Below are positions 40,201-52,745 of a stretch of 64,000 bases of DNA, one piece after another. The DNA comes from Podarcis cretensis (lineage: Eukaryota), in contig OX638153.1 of assembly GCA_951804945.1 (NCBI GenBank), positions 58,342,001 through 58,406,000 on the forward strand, given 5' to 3'. The position numbers were made by a program, and so were the translations under genes. Each line of letters starts with the position of its first letter. The stretch's first letter is position 1. The notes under the pieces were generated by a model. That model saw only the letters and a list, made by a program, of their open reading frames with translations, was not told the DNA's origin and ran no database searches.

Positions 40201-43200
40201 CCCCACCATTGCTATCCCAAATAGCATGAACCATCCAATCTGCTGCCATTCAGTACTGATCTTACTGTGAATACACATGAAAGGCCCAGTGAAACCTGTT
40301 GCTATGGTTGTGCCACTGCCTCCTGTTCCCTTGCTGCAGTGTTCAAATGCCCCCTCTAGGATGATCAGCCCCCTTTGTTTGTATGCCAGCTAACCTACTC
40401 AGTGCAGCTGATACTTTGGTTGCCAAACCACAAAGCAGTGTTTAGGTCTGACTGCATTTCAGTACCGTATTGTCTTTCTTCCCCCATCCCCAAGTCTCTC
40501 TGCCCTTGCCTGTTCTCCTCCTTCTGCCTTTGCTTAGGTAATGTCCCCAATGCTTTTAACTTCACAGCAAAGTTAGAACGCTGCGCAGGAAGTTAACTGC
40601 CTCGAGTCTTTTAAATTTAAGTAACACACACCAAATAATAAGCTGTTGGTTGCGTTTTTTTGTTTTGTTTCTGTTTTGTTGGTGTGGGTATTTTTTTTCC
40701 CTGCCTGCAAAGAANNNNNNNNNNNNNNNNNNNNNNNNNNNNNNNNNNNNNNNNNNNNNNNNNNNNNNNNNNNNNNNNNNNNNNNNNNNNNNNNNNNNNN
40801 NNNNNNNNNNNNNNNNNNNNNNNNNNNNNNNNNNNNNNNNNNNNNNNNNNNNNNNNNNNNNNNNNNNNNNNNNNNNNNNNNNNNNNNNNNNNNNNNNNNN
40901 NNNNNNNNNNNNNNNNNNNNNNNNNNNNNNNNNNNNNNNNNNNNNNNNNNNNNNNNNNTGTTTGTCAGTTTCTCAGTGGAAATTAGAAGCAGTTTTTTTG
41001 CAATTCCCTAAGCTGCTGCTCTGTCATATTTTACATAAGCACTGGGAAAACGTCTTGTAATTAGTGCNNNNNNNNNNNNNNNNNNNNNNNNNNNNNNNNN
41101 NNNNNNNNNNNNNNNNNNNNNNNNNNNNNNNNNNNNNNNNNNNNNNNNNNNNNNNNNNNNNNNNNNNNNNNNNNNNNNNNNNNNNNNNNNNNNNNNNNNN
41201 NNNNNNNNNNNNNNNNNNNNNNNNNNNNNNNNNNNNNNNNNNNNNNNNNNNNNNNNNNNNNNNNNNNNNNNNNNNNNNNNCCCCAATTCTCTTCACTTGG
41301 GCCCAACCAAAAATTCTGTTAAGGTGGCTCTGTAAAGATCAGCATGTTTACCAGCAAAGAACAGAGGCAGCTATAGATGAGGAGTGCAGGGGAGGGTTGG
41401 ATGAATCTGTTCGACCCTGATGCTGACATTGAGGGACGAATACTGCCAAATCTTAATTGGGTCTCAAAGCTAGCACTGGGTGCTGCAGTCGGCTTCCCTG
41501 TGGTGGTGATGATGGTAATAACACTTAGCATTTGCATAGATAGCTGTCCTGCCCTGACATTGTGTAAGAGCCTTACAACACCTGAGTCCCAGGCCTTCTG
41601 CTGATCTTCCATGTGTGCTGGCAGCAAAAGTCAACTACATCCATGCAAACAAGCTTGACCTTGCCTAGTTGAACGCTATGGCTACAGAGCAGGGTGGAAA
41701 ACGGAAGACAAAAGATGAGCGCAAGCAAATAGTATGGAATGGGAAGGTGGGTGAAGGGGCCATTGTTCAGTGCTACAGCATATGCTGTGCATATGGCAGG
41801 TCCTAAGCTCAATTCTTGGCATCTCCATTTGGAAGAATCAGGGAAAAGATGATGGGAAAGACCTCCATCTGAGACATGGGAGATCCATTGCCAGTCAGAG
41901 TAGACTGTACTGGACTACTTGGATATATGGTTCAACCTGCTATAAGGCAGCATCATATATTATGTAGCAAATCCGTACTCTCCCAGGCATGCAAAGCTGA
42001 ACTGTGTGATGAACGTTTGTTTTTAGGACACACACTAATACATGTTACTATTTGGTTGCCTTGCTGAGAGAGACCTAAAAGGTGTTCTTCGTCTGCACGA
42101 TAAGCTGTGCTAGTCAACAATGTCAGCAACTGAATCTTACCAAATCATAGTGCTCCGTGAGAGAGACCAAATACAAGGGAAGTGTAGACTAGAGTCCCTC
42201 AGTGTACTCAGATGTGACTAGTTAAATGGACTGCATATAAAGAAGTACATATAAAAAAGTTCCTTCTCCATAGCCTCCCCCGGTGGCCAGAAGTAAATCA
42301 TTCTCCAGTACAAAAAAACCTCTCAGGGGAAACCTATAGACAGTTGTGCAATATGGGAGCAGGTTATTTCCCAGGCTCCGAAGCTCTATGCTGTTGGCAA
42401 ATGTATACATGTCCTTGTGTTTAACAACCTTTTTATATTGCATAGAGCCCTAGCAAGCTTCTTTGAAATATGTTAATATTTCATTATCTGTGCCCACTTG
42501 AAAGCTCCAACAGAATAGTGATTACACAGAATTTCCTTGCTGTGAAAAAGCTTTCTCTCTCTTTCCCTCGCCCTATCATGTTGTATCACAGGTTGGATTC
42601 TTATAGATGGCACTATTGACTCTGGGGTTAGAGTTCAAGAGTTCATGACCCAATGTGCCTTGCTTCCCTTGTTGCTATAATGGTCATCCCTGACCATTAG
42701 CCATGCTGGCTGGGACTGATGGGAGTTGTACGCCAACAACATCTAGATGGCACCAAGTTGACTGACCACAGTTTCTTCCTATTAATTTTGTGCTTCCCCA
42801 GTGAGGATAGTGTGGGTTTGTTGTTATTATTATATATGGTGTGGATGTAGTCAGGGGTGAACGAAGGTGTCGTGACACCCGGGGTGGGGCATTGCTACGT
42901 AGGGCGCATGTGCGGCATTGCTACATGCACTGTACATAGCAATTTGCCACCGGCGGTACTCCAGCGCCATACGGACGGTGCCGGGATCCCTCCGTTACCG
43001 CTACAGCCATGAATGGAGGATCCTCTACATGCGGCTGTAGCGGTGACGGAGGGTTCCCACAGCTATGTACAGTGCATGTGCGGCTCCCTTGGCCTGTAAA
43101 GCGAGATGAGCACCACAACCCCAGAGTCATCTGTGACTGGACTTAACTGTCAAGGGTCCTTTACCTTTACCTTTTTACAGCTGTTGGCAACAATTGGGTA

Positions 43201-46200
43201 AACCTGTTTAGCTCGTGGAAATGCTTCTGCACATCCAACAAAGTTTCAATTCATACTTTTCACTGCCCAGGCTGCATTGCAAATGGTGTTTGAAGGTTTC
43301 CTGAGTTCAAAAAGCAGCTTTTAATATGGGTCACAGCTTTTCTGAGGAAATAACCATTGTATCAGAGTGGGAGAAACACACCCTTCTCTGGACCTTGACC
43401 AAGGATTGCATCTTTAATGCTTATGATACTGGGACAGAAAATCATTGTGATTTTTATCAATAGGCAAGTCCATTTTAGTTTGGTGATACAACAGGACATT
43501 AGAACATATTCCTTCCTCAAAAGTTTCAGCATATTGGGTTTATCCTTCTTTATCTTAGCCTTTGCTTCATTGTACATACTGTACGACCACCACAGTAACT
43601 GTTTTACCTAAAGGATCTTGTAATAGACAGCTCAGCAGAAACATTGTGTGCCCTCGTTGAGATCAATAGAATGCCCTTGTGTTCAGGACTGTTCAATTGA
43701 TCTCCAGAAGACACCACTGAGACACTCAAATAAAGCAAAGCTGCATTTTGTTGAGTTAAATTCTAAGAAGAATATATGACCATGGCAAAATGCTGCTCAT
43801 AGTCCTAGTAGTTTTTCTCACATCAGAAATTGAAGCGGAAAGAGGTAAGCACTTGGGCTAGGTTAGAGAAACCAGTTTTTTGGAGGTTCTGGAGATGTGT
43901 CTATTGAAAAGTGAAGGGAAGTCCATATGGATTACACAGACAGAATGTCCTGAAGCCCCCTTCCCATCCCCACTTCTCTTCCTTCTGCAGTTCTTCTTTC
44001 CATACGTTTTCTAATAGCTGTGTTTACATCCTGGGACGGCCCATGTGAGAGAATGGCAGGGCCAGCCACTAGCAGGAGGCAGAGAGTAGTAAAACCTCCA
44101 TGGCTGTCATCTGACATCCATTGGTAAGGACATAGGGACTCCTCCCCTCAAGCATAACTTAGAGCAACTGTGTATTATTTACACCCCATCACTAGTTGTC
44201 ACAGCTTTGGAAAATTGTGGAATGAAATATAGGTGGGGAAGGGGCCAGCATTCCTACCTCTGCTCTTTCAAACAGCTAGATGATGATAATGATGATTTAT
44301 TTATTTATAACCCACTCATCTGGCTGGGTTTCCCCAGTCACTCTGGGTGGCTCCCAACAGAATATTAAAAACACGATCAAACGTTTAAAATTTCCCTAAA
44401 CAGGAACATCATCTCATTTTCCAGGTGAATGGGCAGACCTGCTTTTACAATCATGAATTTGCCAGTAGCACATATAGTTTTGACTTGACAATCAAGCTTC
44501 CCTCTTCTTTCTTTAGTGAGGATGCAGGTGTTCGGTATACCCAATATTGCTGGAGTTATTTTCTCCTTGTGGAATACGGAATAGTTTTTTTAGGATTTTG
44601 AGATTGCTAGTCATCAGTGGGTTTCTAAGAAATCACTACTTGATTCTAGGTTTTTGTTGTTTTACTAGACTTCGACAGATGCTTCAAAATATTTTAATTG
44701 AATGCTTTAGAACGGGGGGGGGAGGGGAGCTGTGCTTTTACAGCTTTGTGGAGATTAAAGGACATGCAATGAAGTTTATATGTATAGGAGTAGGGATGCT
44801 TTTTGTAGTCATAAAGGGTTATACTGCCTAGAAATTACATAGCACCTTCCATAAACTAAGTCAGAGAGGGTTGAAATGACTTGCCCAAAGCCACAAACTG
44901 AACAGCCTGGAACCAAATGGGATATTTTCAGTTCCAGACTGCCCCCCTCCGGCATGCATACTCACACATACATTCCCTCCCATATAATTATTATTTCCTT
45001 CCATCACCTCATTCTCAGTACTGTGCAGCAGAGTATGCTACAATTCAATTGGTGAGTTTGATTTGAAGTCATAGAAGGAAACTGCACATTGGAGTGAGGA
45101 AGGAGTAGCAAGAGAAGCGCCGGGACAGAAAATGGGGGGTCTATGGGTGAAGGAAATATATACTCAAAAGAATTTATTAACAAGGCTCAAATATTGCCAC
45201 TCTGTGATAATCCTTACACATGCAAGGCATATCGTGGTTTTTCACTAGTGAACCTGTACTGACTGTTTTGGCTTCTTCACAAGTTCTGTGGAACTGCATG
45301 TTGGAAGTAACAGCGCTGCTGTTTCCTGTGGGACTGTGGAGAAGGGCCATAACTCAGTGGTAAAACAACTTGGACAGCTGCTGGAGTCAGTGTGGGCAGT
45401 ATTGATCTAGATGCATGAATGGCCTGACTCAGTATTAAAGCAGCTGCTTGTGTTCCTATGCTGCTGTTGGCTTACTTGCTTATCCTGGGGGAAAGAAAGT
45501 GTTGCCTTCTGGAAGGAGCCCACCACTGCAAAAGAGGTAGGGATGAGTAAAAGTGGCTTGTGAATTTCTCACCTATCCCAACCAACCAAAATTGTAAGGT
45601 GCTTAAATATTGTTTAAATCCTAAAAACAGTTCAGACAACTCAACAGAAATGCAAAACCATTCCAGCAGTCAAACAATTCTCCTTCTGGCTCAGATGAAA
45701 ACATGAGGGGAAGAGACGTCACTCAAAGAGCTGGTGTCCTTTGCTTCAGGACCTTCGATACATCAGAGAGCACACCTCCATTGCAGCTCTCACTGCCCAG
45801 TAGGAGCCAGCAGTCACAGAACTGGGCAGTGGTTCCTCTAGAAAAAGAAATTGCCTTGGGGAGAGCAGGGTTAAAGACAGGCTCAGTCCCACCAGGAGAC
45901 CTCAGGTTGTTGCTGAGACAAACAGCACTCCTTGGGTGAGTTCCAGCCACATCCTGCCACTGTGATTTATCCAGGGTCCTGACAGGTGGTGTTCTGTCTT
46001 GTCTGTTGTGCTCATGCATAGCCGTCTTGATAGTGCTCTCTCAAACTAGGCTTGCCCCACCAGTTGTGACTCCACTCTTCTAGACATGAAGAGCTGACCT
46101 TTCTAGTAAGTGCCACTGCTTTGACTTGGCCTTCCTGGTATCACTGAGACATGCTAGGACAGGACAAACTATTCAAAGTAACTACTTAAATAAATAGTAT

Positions 46201-49200
46201 TTGAAAGCCACTGAGAGGTCCAGGAGAATCAAAAGGGTTACACTCCCCTGTCTTCTGACTGTGGTGGTCAAACCAGGTGAAGAAGGCAGTTTCAGTTCCC
46301 AAACTGGGTCGAGATCCAAATCCAAAATGGGTCTAGATAATCCAGGAATTTGCTACTATCTGTTAAGATATATCATCTAAAGAGGGAGGAATAGCAACTA
46401 GTTGATATTCTGACAAATTATATAGGGTGTCTCCAAAAACCACCTTCAAGGCAGTCAAAGCCACTCCCTTTCTCTATTTGGTTAAAAAAAGATCAGTGCA
46501 TTCAGCTGGAATGCACAAGAAATCCACAGATTGTTTTGATGAAACAAAATTGTCTTCATATTTAGTCCACCTTTTACACATCGGAAGGAAATATATCATC
46601 TGAAACATGCTGGATTCCTATGATTTCCAGTCATTTAAGGCTGGGGTAGCCAACATGGTATCCATCAGATGTTGTTGAATTATAAATCCCATCATCCCCA
46701 GCCACCATGGCCAATAATGAAAGATGTTGGGATAACTTCATTTGAGCTATCTCTATTTTTATAACTATACAGTGGTACCTCGGGTTACATACGCTTCATG
46801 TTACAGACTCCGCTAACCCAGAAATAGTGCTTCAGGTTAAGAACTTTGCTTCAGGATAAGAACAGAAATCTTGCTCCGGCGGCGCAGCAGCAGCGGGAGG
46901 CCCCATTAGCTAAAGTGGTGCTTCAGGTTAAGAACAGTTGCAGGTTAAGAACGGACCTCCAGAACGAATTAAGTACTTAACCTGAGGTACCACTGTATGT
47001 TTTAAATCTATGTAAAATAGTTGCCAGCGTTGTAGATACCCAACACATTAGTATTTCATTGAGCACTTCAGCCTGGAAACAGTTTAGAGATTCGGGGAAT
47101 TGGGGGGTTATCATCTCAGGATGTTTGATGGTATAGACTGGTCCTCAGAGGTCGCCCTTGCATCCTGACTTGTAACATTGCTGCTTATGCAGATTGGTGA
47201 TTTGGCTCACTTGTGTTCAGAATTCAAAGACAATGTTTTTTCTGAGAAGGGAGTAGGTAAAAAGGCAGAAGGTAATGATTTTAAAAACATGCTGGATGAA
47301 GACAGCCTGCTGTAAGATTGGCTGTGCAGCAAATGAAATGGGAAATGAAATGAGGTCAGGCTTATAAAATACACCATTTATCAACTATCTAAATCTTAAT
47401 CCAGCGTTTCATTGGTTTTCTCGTTCTGCAAACAACTGAACTGCTGTGAAAACAGCCACAGAATCCCTCCAGGCCAGTGTTCAATAGAGTCCAACCTTCA
47501 TGCTTTAATGCTAGGCTATCGCCAACAACATTTGTGCATGGAGAAACCCAGCACTTCTACACCAAGGAGCTATGTTTTATCATTTCCATAAAGACTGTTG
47601 AGGCCTCAATAGAGAGCGAGGATCCAATTTTGTTTATGATGTTTCTTGGTTTGCCAACCAAATATTTTGCTTGTCGGTCAATTGCTGAAGGAGCATTAGC
47701 AATCAATCATAGGTATGATTGTTCTGCATGGCGTAGAATCTGTCTGTGTAGCATACGGATCCTAGTGGTATATGAAAAAATATGTAAGATCTGTTTTCAT
47801 TCTAACCCTCAATCTGCAAAAAACCCACAAAAAACAACAACCCACATCCTTTATTTTCATATAGTACCGTATATTAGAAAAACAAGAAGTATTTCCAGAA
47901 GACTGACATTTCGGCATAAGGGTGAGGCTTCTAGTTATCAGGGTGCAAGTCTTTATGTATAAAGGACACTGAGCTTTGTGTCCATCTATATTCTTTCCAC
48001 ACTCAGCCATGTAAGACCAATAACTTGGTTCGCCTGATCAAATGCTGCAATTCAGATTAGATCCCAGCAGTTGCACAGGGAATTGTTTGGTCCTATAAGT
48101 TTACTCTTCAGTGCAGTGCCTTTACAAGATCAAGATTGGAGTATTGGGTTATTTCTTTTTATCACCATGCATAACAGTCTGTAGCAAGTCGCTGCACTAT
48201 TCTTTAATGGACTATTACAATTATGTCTAATAACAAATGTGCACTATCTAAACTTCTGATGGCCTTAACTTCTTGGAAGTCTTCAAGACACGCACACTTG
48301 TCCTCCCTAGATGTGTTTCAGTCTATTGGAAGGAAATGTCTGAGACAACATATGCTAAAGGACCTTTAGTTTGGTAGTGATGGAACAACATGGGACATCA
48401 TAGGATGTCCTCAATAGCAGCAAGATACTGTTACTTAAATCTAGTTAAATTTGTCAACAAAACATTTGAATTGTCCCTCCTCCTTAAAACTATCATAGAA
48501 GAGGTTCATACTTTTTATCCATTCCTGAAATTTGTTTTTGAGGAGCCGGTTTCATGGTGAGTATCTTAACACTATAAAACCAGAAAGTCAAAGCACATAG
48601 TTTTATAAAATGTTATTTTTAAAGTTTCACTTCTGTATGTTCGTAGTCTTTGAATAAGACATATTTGTTTCATACTCTGCATGATGCTGAACAGCAGCAT
48701 TGGGGACCTCCCCTTTTGTATCTTATATATTTTTTTCACAATTTTAGTAGCAGTCCAGAATGGACTTTTAAAAAAGGTTTTAGGTGTGAAGCATCAGACA
48801 GGCATGTATCAGTACACTAAAGTGGCTGGAAACTGGCAGAAGTTTAGACTATATAACATGTAATTAGGAGCTGGGTGGATTTGTTTGTTCCATCACATGG
48901 GTAGGTTTATGTGTAATGTATTGTCTTCTAAGGATGTCAAATTCTCTGCCCTGAAAAATTCAGTGTTGTACATTTTCTTCTCTTCTTCCATAGACAAAAC
49001 TTGCCAATGGCACTTCAAGCATGATTGTGCCAAAGCAAAGGAAGCTATCTGCAAGCTATGAAAAGGAGAAGGAGCTCTGTATCAAGTATTTTGAGCAGTG
49101 GTCAGAGTCCGACCAAGTGGAATTTGTGGAACATCTCATCTCCCAGATGTGTCATTATCAGCACGGGCACATCAACTCATACCTCAAACCTATGTTACAG

Positions 49201-52200
49201 AGAGACTTCATCACGGCACTACCAGGTAGTCTGAAAAGCTATTGGCAAACACACAGACTTTGCAGGCTTCAAAAACGTGTAAAAAGACCTTGACTTCTCA
49301 TATCTCTCGAACAGCCTTCTTCAGTAGCAGGGTGTTCTGTCCCGGAGTCATAGAAAGGAGTTGCCATTTGAGGATATGTCACCTATCGTAAAATGTATGC
49401 TCTCATGGTCTCCCCCCCCCCCAGGTGCACTTGTTATGTTTGGTTAGTTGCCTTTCATTTACTGGGGGCACACAACAGTTAACAGGATTTGGATCATAGA
49501 AATTAGCATGGTCTTGGGGCAGGGGTCATCAAGTTCATGTCATTTCTATACAGCATATTATTTCCTATGAAACATGTTCAGTTCAGTCTAGAACAGGGGT
49601 AGTTAACCTTTTTTATACCTACCACCCACTAATTCATCTTTCTTGATGGTAAAATTTCCTTACTGCCCACCAGTGCTCAATGAAAGAAGGATTCAGCTTG
49701 TGCCGTAGAAGCCCCTACCGCCCTCCTAGAATCCTGAAATGCCCACTAGTGGGCAGTAGGGGCCAGGTTGACAACCCCTGGTCCAGAAGCTCCTGTGAGG
49801 GAAGTCCTCCTTGCCATCTAGAAGGGATTCCTCCCACCCTAAATTGTGGTAGAAAAGAAAGATGCTCTATAGAAGGTGGTGGTTGTCATGTTCTGCAGTC
49901 ACACTGTGCCTGCCACATATGCTCATAGGTAAAGTTTTGACATTTCTTCTTTTTTGCCTGGAATTTTGCCCAATTTATTTAGCTTTAACATAGTGAATGA
50001 TGAAAATCTAAAGCCTTAACATCACAGCTTATACTTAAGTATATTCTTCAATAGCTTTTGGTGTTGGAGAAATAAGCTGTATCTATCACTGCCTCACTGT
50101 GGCAAATGGAACATTGGGCTGTGGTGAGCCCAAACTTGGGACTAACATGGAGAAGCAAACTGATGTGCCCTCACCTCCCATTTTCAGGTTGGAGGTGGAT
50201 ATTGGAGGCAGAAGCTTATGGGCTTATCTCTGCGCCCAAGGGGTGTTCCAAACTTGGAGCCACTGTTGGACACAGAGGCAGATCAAGTCAGGATGCCTCT
50301 GCCTTCAGCTGTGAGATGAAGCAGGAAAGTGGAGGCCCATCAGCTTGTCTCTGTGCCTGAATGTGCTCTGAGCTTTTAGCGCCCAAGGAACACACTGGAA
50401 AGCAACCTTCTGTCCTAACAGTGAGCTGTGGGCAAGCAGGAGCTTACTTTCTGCCCCTCCCCAGCTCCAAACTCAGAGCTGAAAAAAGGAGCAGATTCTC
50501 TCCTAACATTGTGCTGCATTCGAGATGTAGCAGAAATAAGGGACAGCACCCCACTCCTTTGGAAAAGGTGGTAACAGCAAAGTTTTGTTTGGTCTGTTGA
50601 GTATTTCTTTTACTTGCTTAAGTTTGTCTTGTCTGTCAAGTGGAATTATGCTGCTTGGTTTATTTTTCATTTTAGGAAAACATCTGGGAGTGTCGGGGTT
50701 GAAAGAGTTGTCTCTTAGAAATCACATTTCTTTATAAAATTACTTTTCATAAATTTGTCCTGAGAATATGGAGGGAGGAAAAACTACTTTGATACTTGAG
50801 AAGCTCATTATCAGGTCTTCTGCTTGTCAGCAGCAAAGTCTTGGTACAGCGTGTCCTCTGTAAATCCTGATCAGAATCATCTGATAGGCATCTCACTCTG
50901 AATCGTCTGCTTAAATGTAAAACATGTGACCCCAGCCATCCCAAAATGCATTCATGGCTTCCTACGCTTAGCCTCTGTTGTTGACAAATGAAGCTCAGTC
51001 TTTGGGGCAGCTGTAACAAGAGCAGGAAATGAAGCATTTGATCTCTCTCTGGATGTTTTTATTTGGAGAGAAAAGTTGCCTGCTATGCTAATCTGGCATG
51101 CTTGACTCTTTCCCAAGTGAAACTGGGGGTGAGGGTGGATTTGATCAAGCAACTAAAGTAGCCTTGCAAATTGAACATTAATCTACCCACTCAAAAAACC
51201 CAGTAGCTCGTATTCACTAGATGCCACAAGAAATCATGGTTTACCCACAATTCCAATTGATGATCGCTCATGACTTTAGACAGAAGCATCCCTCCAGTTT
51301 GAGAGCGAGAGTCTCTCCCTCAAGATCCCACAAGAGCACTTTGGTCTATGTGCATGTATTTTTTAGGTCTTCTCTGTGCTAGCTCTATGATAGGAACTAG
51401 CATATATGAGAAGCATTTGTAATGTGGGAGCACTTCTAAGTTCTTGGTTCAATTATAATATACGCCTTAAGTATCCAGTACTTTCCAACGCATGGCAGAA
51501 GGATTGTAGCTCAGTGATAGAGCACATGGGTTGCATACAAAAAGATGCCAAGTTCAGTTCCTGGCATCTCCCAGGTAAGATTCTTCTCTGAACCCCTCCA
51601 CTGTGAGTTGTAGACAATACTGAACTAGATTGACCCAGTGATGTATATGGCAACTCCCACTGTTCCTAAAACTTTCTAGTCCTGTAGTAGTAGTTATTAT
51701 TATTATTATTATTATTTTATTTATTTCCCCAGCTACTCTGGGCGGTTTCCAACAAAATATTAAAATACATTAGTCTGCCAAACATTAAAAGCTTCACCAC
51801 CACCACCCCTTTTTGTAAGTGATAATTGGACCTCTTAGGTTCTGTAAGTGGCATACCCAGTCTCCCTTCAATAATAATAATTAATTAATACCCCATTCAT
51901 CTGACTGGGTTGCCCCAGACAGACCATTTCTGTCATCCTGTCATTAGTTTCAAGAACTCTAGCAAGTTACTTTCTACTTTTGTCTAGTAAAACTTTGGGT
52001 CTACATTTCAGACAACCTCCATCTACTCCAGGTGTGTTTGGAGTAGGGTGCAGGTATGGCTACTCAGGTGCCTTCTTGATCACTATTTTTAGCATAACAG
52101 TTGCATTTCTGCTTCTAGGACTGTGTCTAATCTCCTCATAGAAATTGATTTAAAAATAAATGCTGAGATTTTGACATGTGAATTTTGTAAACAGAAAGGC

Positions 52201-52698
52201 AATTTTTTGTTGTTGCCCACCTTAATGCATTGCCTGTTTACATGACTGCCCAAAATCAGATGGCAAAAAAAGAAGTCTTCCTGACAGACTCCCTTGTGCC
52301 TTACAATAGAAACCAAGTGAAGCTTTATAAGTGAAATCATCTTATTTTAAAGTCCTCTTATTCTTCTGAGGCCACTGCACACACTGAGGTTTAGTGTAAG
52401 GTGTTCAGTTAATGGAGGAACCCATCCAGTTCAAGCAGTCAAGGTTGAACCCCATATTTGCTTATGTGGTATTGACCAGCTTATTACTGTCATGCCCCTT
52501 TCCTATTTTAGTCAATGCCATTTTTTATTTATTTTTATTTTAAATGGCAGCTGTGATGAGACTCACTGGCTGTTCTAACAGCAATGCTGGAAAATGTTAT
52601 CAATTTTCACTGTTTTTGCTGCATGTCTTTTACCGGGTAAAATTAATGGCATCAGTAAAACTCTTTATTACTTCCTCTTTTTTGTGCACACTTCTGTG

Positions 52699-52745
<47 letters not shown>

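Noticed and set aside
47477-47962. 161-aa ORF
   Set aside because: GTG start, no recognisable homology, no clear exon context; probably a chance intronic ORF.
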